A stretch of 64,000 nt of DNA, taken from NCBI RefSeq assembly GCF_009914755.1, contig NC_060927.1. One strand, written 5' to 3'. A model generated the notes under the pieces. It saw only the letters and a program-made list of their open reading frames with translations, was not told the DNA's origin and did no database searches. Each line of letters opens with the position of its first letter. The stretch's first letter is position 1. The stretch comes from the human T2T-CHM13v2.0 reference genome, Homo sapiens. The position numbers and the translations under genes are program-made. Shown here piece after piece: positions 13,431-26,341 of the stretch.

Positions 13431-13879
13431 CAAAATAAGTGCATGGATAATAAGTAGAAGGATGGATAAATAGATGTGTAGATAGAGATATATATACAAA
13501 TAGAGATAGAGATACAGCTAGACAGAGAGAGATAAGGAAAGCAGTGTAGAAATACAGAGCAAGATAAGGTAGTGAGAGTGATATTATTAAATTTCTACTT
13601 CTTTGGTGTCAGCAAAGTCTATATAAACCTCCAAGTTATACTTGTAATAAGAATCTCTTTTACCTAGTATTATTATAACTTAAATAGGCCCTCAAAGAAT
13701 ACTTCACATTCAGAGAGTACTATTTTGTGCAATGAGTTAAGGTAAATGTTTATAGAGTTTTAACTTTTAATATTTATTGTTGACAAAACAAAGAATTCAG
13801 CATACTGTGAAAACAAACGTGTCCTCCATGAAAACAAACAAAACTTTTTTTTTTTTCTTAAAAAAAAAAAAGGTAATTC

Positions 13880-14172
13880 GGGCAGGCACTGTGTCTCAGG
13901 CCTGTAATCACAGCACTTTGGGAAGCCAAGGTGGGCAGATCACCTGAGGTCAGGAGTTTGAGACCAGCCTGACCAACATGGAGAAACCTCATCTCTACTA
14001 AAAATACAAAATTAGCCGGGCGTGGTGGTGTATGCTTGTCACCCCAGCTACTCGGGGGTCTAAGGCAGGAGGATCGCTTGAACCCGGGAGGTGGAGGTTG
14101 CTGCGAGCCAAGATCGCACCATTTGCACTCCAGCCTGGGCAACAAGAGCGAAACTCTGTCTCAAAAAAAAAT
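13880..14172 (+). mobile_element. Alu (AluSp-like)
   Basis: GACCAACATGGAGAAACC and CAACAAGAGCGAAACTC. TSD AAAAAAAGGTAATTC on both sides. Confidence 0.97.
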
Positions 14173-14224
14173 AAAAAAAGGTAATTCAAAAAGAAAACAG
14201 TCACTAAATGTAGTTGAGAAAATT

Positions 14225-14405
14225 CACAGATTTGCCATTTAATAATTATGTGATGATGTTGAGATTTAATTTCTTCCTTTTAAAATGGGAAGAGAATGCA
14301 TCCTTTAGTGGATAGTTGTGAGGAGTAAATGAGATAATATATGTGGGAAGTGGTAACCCAGCATGTTATCTGGAACATACTAGATTGGAAGAAAATGTTA
14401 ATTGA
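14225..14405 (+). mobile_element. MIR 3' half
   Basis: TAAAATGGG...GTTGTGAGGAGTAAATGAGATAATATATGT...CTGGAACATA. Confidence 0.65.
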
Positions 14406-17248
14406 GTCTGAATGCCCCTTTAATTATGCTTTCACCTGAAATTCATCAGAAAAATGTAATATTGTCCTTGTTATCAGAGTATGCATATTGACTCCTTTAT
14501 TTTAATTGCATTGATGGTCTCACCTTAGGCCATAATGAGTTTTTATTAAGAAAACCAAGAAAATGTTAAAGTAAACTGGCATTCATTGTTAAGGAGTACT
14601 TAGCTGCCCCACTTTTTAATTATTTTAACCTATGGATATAAATGCTTCTTTTAACTGTCAAATTATATTTTTTAAGTTAAAGGTATTACAAGGTAAATGA
14701 TTTTAATGCAGCAGACATGCTTTTATCATACATCCAGGAAATTAATTTACCATACAAGGGTCAAGGGTTTCCTCCTCTGATAGTTGCAAGCAAATGGATG
14801 TTGAGTAAGATCCTCTGTAGTACCCCCATGCTAAGATAAGTAGTTTGCTTACAAATAATATGGATAATCAAAAAGGCAATTGCATTAATTTGAGGATGGG
14901 GGATGGTGTCACTCTACCTTGAAAATTGTGTCAGTATTATACATGGAAAAATGCTTTTGATTAAGTGTGCATATTTCTTTCTCGTCTCATCTGCTCTTGC
15001 TCTAATCAAACCAATGCCAATCCTTTTACTTTTAATTCAAGTCTAGGTATTTCTCTACTTACTGTCAAGAGATTTAGATGAAGTATCTGTTCCTTTTGAC
15101 AGAACAAACCTGTAAGAGTACTTGCCATAGTTTGTCATGCAGTATTTAATAATTCTCTCCTTGAATTTAGAATTTCTTGAAATGGGCTGAAATCTAAAAA
15201 TATTTCTGGCAGAAGCAGTTATACGAGACATCTTAATTATTATGTTTCCAAGGAAATGACAGGCTGTGTAAGGGAAGCTGACAAGTCTCCCTGCAGCTAT
15301 GTGCTTTTTATATTGGAACTTTAGGTTATTATAAATTACCTAGGCCTGAGACTGGCATGAGCACAATGCCTCAGATTTAAACCAGCTGCCACATAATGAA
15401 GCTGGAGATTAACCCTTTAGATTTCCCCTTTTTGCCTTGTGGCTCACTTCCCAAATATAACACTGCTAGGGCCTGCCTAAATGGGCAGTAAAAATATCTA
15501 GCTGTCTCATTCTCTTTATTGTCTCGAACCTTTGCTGTTTATTCCCTACTGTTGGGATTATGCCTAAAGATCAAATTGAACAGGAAGATGGTGTAAGCTG
15601 GAGGTGAAGAGGTCTGAGGAGTACAGGAAGCTGGCAGATTTTCTGTAGGGCTGATGCTCTTGACAACCATTGTTTGATTTGAGCCCCTGCCTACTCTGCT
15701 GAATGCCGTGTTTCCACATCAGGAAAGGAACTTGATCTTTGCACCTGCTGCCTCCTCCTTAGAGGGGCGGGAGAAGCACTAGGTGATCTTTGAGTTAAGC
15801 AGCACCACACAGTCAACTGTACAGAGCAAACAAGTTAAACTGTTTCCTGCCGGGAAGGTATTTTGAATTGTGTTGCCATTCTCTTTAGTTTGCTTCCTGA
15901 ATTCAGACCACTTTACTAAGTATTATTCCATTGCTAAAATCCTCAGCCATATCTAAGTCCTGCTGCTACCAACTGAAAAGGCAGTAATTAGTAAAACTGT
16001 CATTATTCAAATACAGGGAAGTATCAAGTGGGGCCTTCTTAACTTTGTATTATTAAACTTCTAGCATTATGCGACTGACATATTTCATTCATAAAAAGAA
16101 ACTAATGTAAGGTATTTTTACAGACATATATTTTAAAATACTTTGTTATCTGTTAAGAAAAAACACTGTAATATTATAAATGTTAGAAGACCTTGGGGCT
16201 ATCTGGAAATGGGCTAGAGTCTGGTTTTGGATCAAGCACTTCCTTTCTACCTTACCTTGGATATGTTTGAATGTCTGTTTTCCATAAAAACATGAAACAA
16301 GGAAACAAAAAAGAAATCCATACATGGTATGCCTTGCCAACTTCATAGTGCAGTTGCAAAGTTTAAATGAGAGGGAAAATGTGACAATGGTTGAAAGACT
16401 ATACAGTGCTATAAGATATAAATTTGCATCACCATTTCATGGGCTTCCTTTTATTGTTAGAAATTTCTCATCCTCTTCCGAAAACACAAATGAGCAGTGT
16501 GCAGATGAAATAATGAGTAGTGTGATTTTGGTAAGTAGCCTACTTGATAAATCTAGTGAAGAAAAAGGACCAACAATAGAGCATTTCATCTGTCTTCTCG
16601 TTACAAATAAAATCCAGTGAAATCCCTCAGGATACTGACAGAAGCTGTTAGTAGGGCCTCCTGTTTATAGACAGCTGAGCCTGATTGATGAATATGTAAA
16701 AGCTCAACCCCTGCACAACTTCTTCATTAGCCATTTCTGAAGATTTTCTGAAGAATGCATATTGAACCACAATTATATATATCTATAGTGTGTTATAGAT
16801 AGTTTATATTAGCATAAACCTCAGACAATTTTCAAAGAATATTATTAACAAAGAATATAAATATGACATTATAATAAAAATATTCTTTCCTTGCATTCAT
16901 ATTAATTTTTTTAATTCTGTAGATATTTGGTTTTGTACCCAAGATAGAAGATTTCAAGTGGTGGTATCACCAATGATTTAGCCACTTGATAGTATTAAGT
17001 AAACATTATCTTATTACTAATTACAAAGGATGTAATAAATGATCTTGGATTATAAAAATAAGATTATTATGTAATACCATTTTAAAACATCTGTACTTCA
17101 CTAGTCAGTTATTAAGAGAAAATAAAACATTCAGTATAGATATTTTTGTCTTTCTTTGATAAAATGAAATAACTACCTTGGTAAGTTGAAAGTTATGAAA
17201 TTACATGTTAATTTCAAAATTTTATTGTTCACTTTGTCATAACTCACT

Positions 17249-17699
17249 TGTAGCAGGATTGCAAATCCTCTTTTCTGGGCCAGTACACCCAATCCCCAGC
17301 TGTTCTGAGTGTTGACTGCTAATGGCTGATAGATTCCTCCTTCTTTGAAGAATTGCCCTTAGGGAAACAGGAGCGGCCTCCTCCGAGAGGTTTTCTCCAC
17401 CCAGGGGTAGCCTACAGCTGATGACTGACTAAAAAGGAAACAGAAAATTCTGGTCCCTTTGCCTCAAGATAGGATCAACTTTGTGTCGCTATTCATACAA
17501 TTTAGACTCCAGTTGACACCACGTCTTTATGTTGCTCCTCCACTGGATTTTTCTGTGTTTTCTGTTTGGTTGGTTGGTTGATTGGTTGTTTCGTTGGTTT
17601 TTTAAGGAAACTGTTTCTCCTCACAGAAAATCCTCAATAGATCTTGTGTGCCCAGATTCTTGTCTCAGTCTTTGTTTCTTGGAAACCTAATCTAAGGCA
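17249..17699 (+). mobile_element. LTR16-family (ERVL) LTR containing a (TTGG)n insert
   Basis: TGTAGC start, CCCCAGCTGTTCTGAGTGTTGACTGCT, GAATTGCCCT and CCCTTTGCCTCAA. Ends GGAAACCTAATCTAAGGCA. Confidence 0.8.
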
Positions 17700-18625
17700 G
17701 ATGGTCCCAGAAATGGCCTTAAGAAGCAGATTCTAAGGATATTTGCATTTGATCACTAACTAGTGAGTGAGAAATGAGAATCCCATATCTAATAGTGGGG
17801 TATCAATGCTTGTTAACATCTGTAGAATGTAACTACTAAGATTTTTAGGTGGTGAACTTGGAGAGTAGAAGGAGACAAACTGGCTTGTCTCTGACATTAG
17901 AGAGGTAACTGGCAAATAATAATTATAAGGACTGTTAATCGGGTGCCTATTGTTGCACACTATTGATGCTTTGAAGAGAAAATATTACTATTTTAAGTAA
18001 GTAAATGCCAATTAAAAGACAGCAGATGGCCTGTAAAGGAAGCAATCTTCATATACTATAGCCTAAGTGCTGCCAATGTGTGAACCAGACTCAGGACCCG
18101 ATCCTAAGAGTGGCAGAAATTGAGAAAATAATGAAGTCTCATTTTTAGCAATTGTCCAATATCAGAACCCTGAAAAGGAAGGAATGGGAACCTTGCAATA
18201 GGGATATCTGGGTAATGTCTCTTGAGATTCTCCTGAAACTTTTGGGATCAAATGGCCAAATCCTCCTAATTAGAAAAAAAAAAAGGATCCCCCCATTTTG
18301 TAGATTATTTTAAACTGTTAAATGAGGCAGATGTCCTGTGGAATGCTTGCCTGTGCAGGGTTTGGTTCCAGCTTCCCTCCCCTCCTGAGTAGGGAAGAGC
18401 TGGGCCTGGTATGCAAGGACAGGTATTGTAAACTCTGAAAACTTCAGGTATGGCTAGTGTGTACTGCTAGCAATTAGGAGTGATGCCTAGGAGTGGATCA
18501 TCAGGCCTCTGGATCAAGAGTGGCATATTTTAAAACTGTATATATGAGAGTTTGTCAGTATGGCTTTCTTCTATAACACAGAATTTAACATTCCGGAAAG
18601 TGCCACAGAATTTAAATTCCTGGAA
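17700..18625 (+). mobile_element. ERVL internal remnant (ERV3-16A3/HERV16-like leader and gag)
   Basis: Directly follows the LTR with GATGGTCCCAGAAATGG...AAGCAGATTCTAAG. Also GGTGGTGAACTTGG and AATTATAAGGAC...ATTGATGCTTTG. Confidence 0.7.
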
Positions 18626-19666
18626 TGCTCAAGTCTTTATTTTTGAGAATGTCACCCTGTATTTTCTTATCTACAATTTGAATCCATGCAACCCTCTAAT
18701 ACTTTAGAGTTATTTCTTTGCTTTGATCCTCCTTAACTTTAATATGACATCTCTGTGGCCTGTTTTGCCTTCTACATATAAGTAGAAGCTTTCTACGTAT
18801 GTAGCAGCTTTCTGGACTGAATAACTCTTCTATTAGAAGGTATGTGTTCAAGAAAGCTGTCTTTAATGTGGTAAGAATTAATACAATGTTCATACATATG
18901 AGCCAGGTATTCTAATATCAGCCCATAAGGGGCTGCCAATGGTTTAATGTCCACAGCTTGTATAAGTTTCCCAAATTTGCTTTAGAAACTGCTTGACAGA
19001 TCCCATAGTTTCAGGGACCATTCCTGATGCTATCACTCCCATGTAGTCTGTTTATTACCCTCTGCTGAAGAAAGATTATTTCCTTATATTCTGAGCATGT
19101 GCCACGTCTTAACCATCTGATGATGTCTCTGGTTCTTAACTATAAACAATATTTTTAGTGGAGAGTTGCTTTCTTATTTGGACACTGACAATAGCTCTCT
19201 AAGCTAAGGCTTAGCTAATATCATGAGCCTGAAGGGTTTTTGCAGTTTTGATGTTATTTAATTCTCAGTTTCACCCCCGGCACGCTACGCTCAGAGCCAA
19301 GTACCTGAGAGAATATGTGTCAAAAGAAAAAACAGTAAAAAAAAAACAAAAAAAATGTAAAATTTAAAAATGAGATATGAAGAACTATATGTAGATGTTC
19401 TGGGGAGGCTAATAATTAAGTTTATATTGAAATAGAAATAATTTTTCCAATATTATATGGAATATTTTTAAGAATAAGAATAACAATATCTATAAGTAAA
19501 AATTAAACAGAGAAACGAATTTAATTATGAACTAACTTCTGATGAATTTATAGGCAATGTAAAGAAGTAATAAAACACTTCATACTTTTCTGTAATATCC
19601 GATTATTCCCTGTTTTATGTATCTGAATATGTATGTATTTATTGCAGCTGAAGTATTTTCAATTTA

Positions 19667-20026
<360 letters not shown>

Positions 20027-20394
20027 CTATATTTTAATACATTCCCTTGATTTTTTTAGAAATTCATATATATAGTCACCTTAGGCAGATACATAGATAT
20101 TCTACACAAACAGTAAGCTCTGGATTAACTGGCAGAGAAATTATATAAAAGGGAATGGAAAACCCTGAGGCAATATTTATTTAATCCACAGTTCTTTATG
20201 TGTCCAACTCAATTCTTTATTATAAACTTTTCACATTATTAAATATTTTATCAGAAAAGTGTGATTTATTTCAAAAATAAAGATTACCCAAAAGTTCATT
20301 ACTGATTTAGGAAATACACTTTTATTTACATATACAAAAAAGCATACACAGTAAATAAGAACTTAAGAAATCAGCATAAATGACCTAAGATGGA

Positions 20395-20565
20395 AGCTTA
20401 TCCATGTTGTTGTGTGTAGTAGTTTATTCATATTTGTTGCTGTATCACATTCTACTAATCTGCAGAATTTATGTATCTATTCCATGGTAGATAAACATTT
20501 GGATGGTTTTAATTTTGTCTATTACAAAAGTTTGCATCTATGAATATTCCTCTACATAATTTTGA
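20395..20565 (-). mobile_element. Old L1M 3' fragment
   Basis: ATCCATGTTGTTGTGTGTAG...ATAAACATTTGGATGGTTT...TATGAATATTC. Confidence 0.6.
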
Positions 20566-20569
20566 CAGA

Positions 20570-21225
20570 CTTTTATATGTATTATGATCATGCAAATATA
20601 TAAAACTACAACATAATTTAGAGAAAAAGAGTATACCAAGTTAAAATACATCCATCTATTGAATTTCTATGTACTAGCAATAGAAAACTGAATTGTGAAT
20701 ATATTTAACAATCCATTCACAATAGCATCAAAACCAGAATAATCAGGAATAAATTTTCTTAAAGATGTTCAACGTCTCTACACTAAACTAAAAAAGTTTT
20801 ACAAGGGGAAATTAAAGAAGTCCTAAAATATGGAGAAATATGCCTATTCATACATTCAATATCATTAAACAGTCAATTCTCTGCAAATGTATGTATGTAT
20901 ATTAAAAGCAATCCAAAATATAATCCCTGCAGGATTTTTTGTTGGAAATTTAAAATTGTGTTCTAAAATGTATGTAAACTACAAACAGAATAGACTATTA
21001 ATAGGATTTTTGAAAAAGAACATATTTTTAGGTCTTACAATACCTGACATCAAGGCATAATACAAAGCTACCATAATCAAGACAGTTACCAGCATAGGAT
21101 CAACCAAAAAAGAACCCAGAATTGAACTCAGGTTTATACAATCATTTTATTTTTGACAAAGGTATAAAATTATTTGATTAGATAAGGAAAGACTTATTGG
21201 CAAAAGTCCCAGAATAACTGATGAA
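20570..21225 (+). mobile_element. Old L1M ORF2 fragment
   Basis: CCATTCACAATAGCATCAAAA, TACCTGACATCAAGGCATAATACAAAGCTAC and ATTTTTGACAAAGGT. Confidence 0.75.
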
Positions 21226-21229
21226 AAAA

Positions 21230-21460
21230 GAGAAAATACACTAGAGCAAATCATAATCAAATTTCTGAGCACCAGTGATGAAAAAAAATCCAACAGCAGC
21301 CAGAATAAAGACATATATTACATACAGAAAACGAGAAATTGAAAAGACACTAAAATCTTTATCAGAAATTAAAAATAGATGAAAACGAAACATCACCCTT
21401 AAAGTACCAAAGAACAAATATTAAGGTGAAACTAAAATGTTATATACAGTTGAGAAATAA
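21230..21460 (+). mobile_element. Old L1 ORF1/HAL1-like fragment
   Basis: ATCATAATCAAATTTCTGAGCACCAGTGATGAAAAAAAATCC...GCAGCCAGA. Confidence 0.55.
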
Positions 21461-22971
21461 AATCAACTGGTAAATTTCAAAATATCTCTAAGCAAACATA
21501 ACCAATACAAACTAAAGCAAAGCAGATAGAGAGGACTTAAATAAATAACTAATCCTTCAATGCAAAGACTGTGATGTACATCCACTAGAAATGACAGCAA
21601 ACAGAAAACTATGACCTCCACAAATGGACAAAACAAGGAACCAGTGACTGACCCTAACAAGATGGCAATACGTTATCTTTCTGATCAATAATTCAAAATA
21701 GTAGTTTTAAGGAAACTCAGTGATCTCCATAATAACACAAAAGCAACACAGAAATTTGGCAAAGAGATTGAAATAATGATAATAAAAAACCAGAAATCTT
21801 GAAACTGAGAAACACATTTGGTGAACTGAAGAATGCATTAGAGGCTCTAACAGCAGAATGAATCAAGTAGAAGAAATAATCAGTGTACTTGATGATTGGC
21901 TATTTGAAAATGACCAGAGGAGAAAAAATTAAGAAAAAATGGGCATAAACACCCAAAAGATACAGAAAATTACCTCGAGAGACCAAAACTAAGAATTACT
22001 ATTGTTCAAGAGGGAGTTGAGAAAAATCAAAGGGTAGAATGCTTATTCAAAGAAATAATCACAGAGAACTTTCCAAAATTTGAGAAAGAAATAAATATCC
22101 AGGTACAGAAAGGTTAGAGAACAACAAATAGATTCAACTCAAATAAGACTACCCCAAGGCATGTAATAATTACATTTTCAAAAGTCAAGAACAAAAAGAG
22201 AAACCTAAAAGCATCAAGAAAAATGAAGCAAATAATATATAAAAGAGTTCCAATTCATTGGGCAACAGACTTCTCAATGTAAACTATACAAGCCAGGGGA
22301 AATGTGATCACATTTTTAAAGTACTGAAAACAAAACAAAACAATTGCCACCCAACAATACTGTATCCAGCTCATTTATCTAAGATAAAGTCTTTCTAAGC
22401 AAACAAAAGCTGAGAGAATTAACCATCATCAGTCCATATGCATCTTATAAAAAGGGCTAAAAGGGAGTTCTTCAATCTGAGAGAAAAGCAAAAATATTAA
22501 CATATGAAAAGAAATCATTTGATGGTGTACAACCCACTGGTAAAAATAAGTGCATAGACAAACCCAGAATACTCTAATACTGTAATTGTGGTGTGTAATC
22601 CACTCATAACTCTAGTATGAAGACTAAAATAAAAATCTATCAAAAACAATCATATTTACAGCAACCTGTTAAGAGATAGACAATATAAAAATATTAAAAT
22701 CGAGGCAACATAAAGTTAAAATGCGGGGAGAGTTTGTTAAAATGTAGGGGTTTGTTTTTTCATTTTTAATTGATTAAAATTTTTTTTCTTTGTGATCTAA
22801 GATAAGTTGTTCTCTTTGAAATAACTTGTTATGAGAGTTGTGTAAGCCTTAGGTAAGCCCAGTGCAAAAACCTATCATAGATTCTCTAAAAATAAAAAGC
22901 AACAGATAGAACATACAGCAAGAAAAAATCATGTAACAGCAAAGGAAGACAGGAAGAAGGGCAAAGAGGAG

Positions 22972-23028
22972 ATACAAAACAACCAGAAAATAAGCAGCAA
23001 AATACAAAACAACCAGAAAATAAGCAGC
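22972..23028 (+). repeat. 30-bp tandem duplication inside L1
   Basis: ATACAAAACAACCAGAAAATAAGCAGC occurs twice with period 30. Confidence 0.92.
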
Positions 23029-23900
23029 CAAAAATGGCAGTAGTAAGTCTTTACCTATCAACAATAAAATGAAATGTAAACAAACTCGGTTTTCCAGTTA
23101 AAGGGCATAAACTGGCTGAACGGATAAATAAAACTACACCCAACTATATGCTGCCTACAAGAAACCTACTTCATCTATCATGGTACATATAGACTGAAAG
23201 TGAATGGATAGAAAGGTATACCATGCAAATGGCAACCAAAAAGAGCAGGAGTTGCTATACGTATATATCAGATAAAATAGACTAAAAGTCAAAGACTAAA
23301 AAGAGACAAAGTGAGTCACTATATACGTATAAAGTGGTCAATTCAGCAAGAAAATATAATAATTATAAACATATATGCACCCAACACTGTAGCTTCCAAG
23401 TATATAAAACAAACATTAATAGTTTTAAAGGGAGAGATAAGACTGCAAGATAGAAATAGTAGAGGATTTCAACACTCTACACTCAGTAATGCACAGATCA
23501 TCCAGACTGAAAATCAACAAAGAAATATCAGAGTTGAACTACACACTAGACCAAATAGGCCTAACTGCCATTTACAGAACATTTCACTCAACTGCTGCAG
23601 AATGTATATTCTTTTTATTAGCACATGGAATATCCTACAGAATAGACCATATCTTACACAACAAAGCAAGTCTCAACAAATCCAAAATACCAGAAATCAT
23701 AGCAGCTATCTTCTCTGACAATGATTGAATAAAACTAGAAATCAAAAACAAGAAGAACACTGAAAATCACACAAACATGGAAATAAAAGAACATACTCCT
23801 GAATGACCAATGAGTCAATGAGGAAATTAAGAAGGAAATTAAAAAAAAAATTTTGAAACAAATGAAAATGAAAAACAGCATACCAAAATCTATGAGATAC

Positions 23901-24188
<288 letters not shown>

Positions 24189-24260
24189 TATATATGAGAT
24201 AGACAAAACCACTACTAAGAGAGAAGATGTTTGCAATAAATGCCTGTGTGAAAAAAGTAA

Positions 24261-24560
24261 AGTCTGGGTGTAGTTCTTCATGCCTGTAATCACAACATTT
24301 TGGGAGGCTGATGCATGAGGATTGCTTGAGGTTAGGAGTTCTAGACTAGTCTGAGCAACAGCAAGACGCCACCTCTAAAAAAATAAAAATAAAATAGCCT
24401 GGCATGATGGTATATGGCTACAGCCCCAGCTAATTAGGACACTGAGCTGGGAGGATCACTTGAGCCCAGGAGATTGAAGCAACAGTGACCCATCATAGCG
24501 CCACTGCACTCCAGTCTGGGTGACAGAATGAGAACTTGTCTCAAAAAAAAAAAAAAAAAA
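24261..24560 (+). mobile_element. Alu (AluJ-like) inside L1
   Basis: GAGGATTGCTTGAGG and GGAGGATCACTTGAGCCCAGGAG. TSD AAAAAAGTA. Confidence 0.95.
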
Positions 24561-25754
24561 GTAGAGAGGCTTTAAATAAACAATCTAATGATGCACCTAA
24601 CAGGACTAGAAAAGCAAGAAAAAAAAAGCCCAAAATTAGTAGAAGAAAAGAAATAATAAATATCACAATAGAAATAAATGAAATTGAGACAAAAAGTACA
24701 GAAGATCAAAGAAAGGATTTTTTGAAAGATAAATAAAATTGACAAACTTTAGTTAGACTAAGAAAAAGAGAGAGAAGATCTTAGTAAATCAGGAGCAAAA
24801 TGAGGACATAACAACTGACACCACACAAATCCAAATAATCATTAGAAACTGTTACAACAATTATATGCCAACAATTTGGAAACCTGAAAAGAAATAGATA
24901 AATTAGTGGACATATACAACATTCTAAGATTGAACCATGAAGGAATAGGCAACCTCAACAAACCAATAACAAGCAATGAGATCAAAGCCGTAATAAAAAG
25001 GCTTTCACCAAAGAAAAGCTTGATACCTGATAGCTTCATTGCTGAATTCTATCAAACATTTAAACAAGAAATAATACGATTCTATCCAAATTATAAAGAA
25101 AGTTAAAGACAAGAGAACACTTCCAAACACATTATCCAAGGCCAGCATTACCCTGATACCGAAACCAGACAAGGACACAACAAAAAAAGAAAACTACAGT
25201 TTAATATTTTCTACGAACATGAATGCAAAAATTCCCAACAAAATAATGGCAAATTGAATACAATAACACATTAAAAAGATTATTCACCACGATCAAGTGG
25301 AATTCATGCCAGAAATGCAAGAATGTTTCAACATATGCAAATCAATAAATGTGACACATCATATAAACAGAACCAAGAACAAAAACTATTTGATAATTTC
25401 AATAGACGCTGGAAAAGCATTTAATTCAACATCCCTTTATGGCAAAATTCCTCAACCAAGTGTAGGAGGAACATATCTCAAAATAACAAAAGCCCTATAT
25501 GAAAAGCTCACAGCTAACATCTTGCCAAACAGAAAAAAATTAAAAGTCTTTCCTCTAAGATCTGGAACAAGACAAGGGTGTCCACCTTTGAAAAGTGAAA
25601 GACCACTTTTATTCCACAGAATTCTGTAAGTCCTGACCATAGCAATTAGGCAAGACAAAAAAAATGAAGCACATCAAAATTGAAAAAGAAATCACAATAA
25701 CCTTCTTTACAGATGGCATGATCTTTTAAACTTAGAAAAACCTAAAGACCACCA

Positions 25755-26117
<363 letters not shown>

Positions 26118-26303
26118 TTAACACACAAAAAAACCACTAGAATTTATATGCATCAACAGCGAACATTCTGAAGAAGAAATCAAGAAAGGAATCCCATTTG
26201 CAATAGCTGGAAAGAATATAAAATAACTAGAAAGCAACTTAACCAAAGAAGTGAAAGGTCTATACAAAGAAAAAATAAAAGTCTGAGGAAATAAATTGAA
26301 AAG

Positions 26304-26304
<1 letters not shown>

Positions 26305-26339
<35 letters not shown>
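26305..26339. repeat. (AC)17 microsatellite
   Basis: Perfect dinucleotide run. Confidence 0.98.

Positions 26340-26341
<2 letters not shown>

Noticed and set aside
15798-15815. CAGCACCAC resembling a REST/RE1 left half-site
   Set aside because: The right half (GGACAG) is absent.
20395-21225. Adjacent opposite-orientation L1 pieces suggesting a twin-priming inversion
   Set aside because: The pieces appear several hundred bp apart on the L1 consensus and no TSD is visible, so they cannot be distinguished from two separate fragments.
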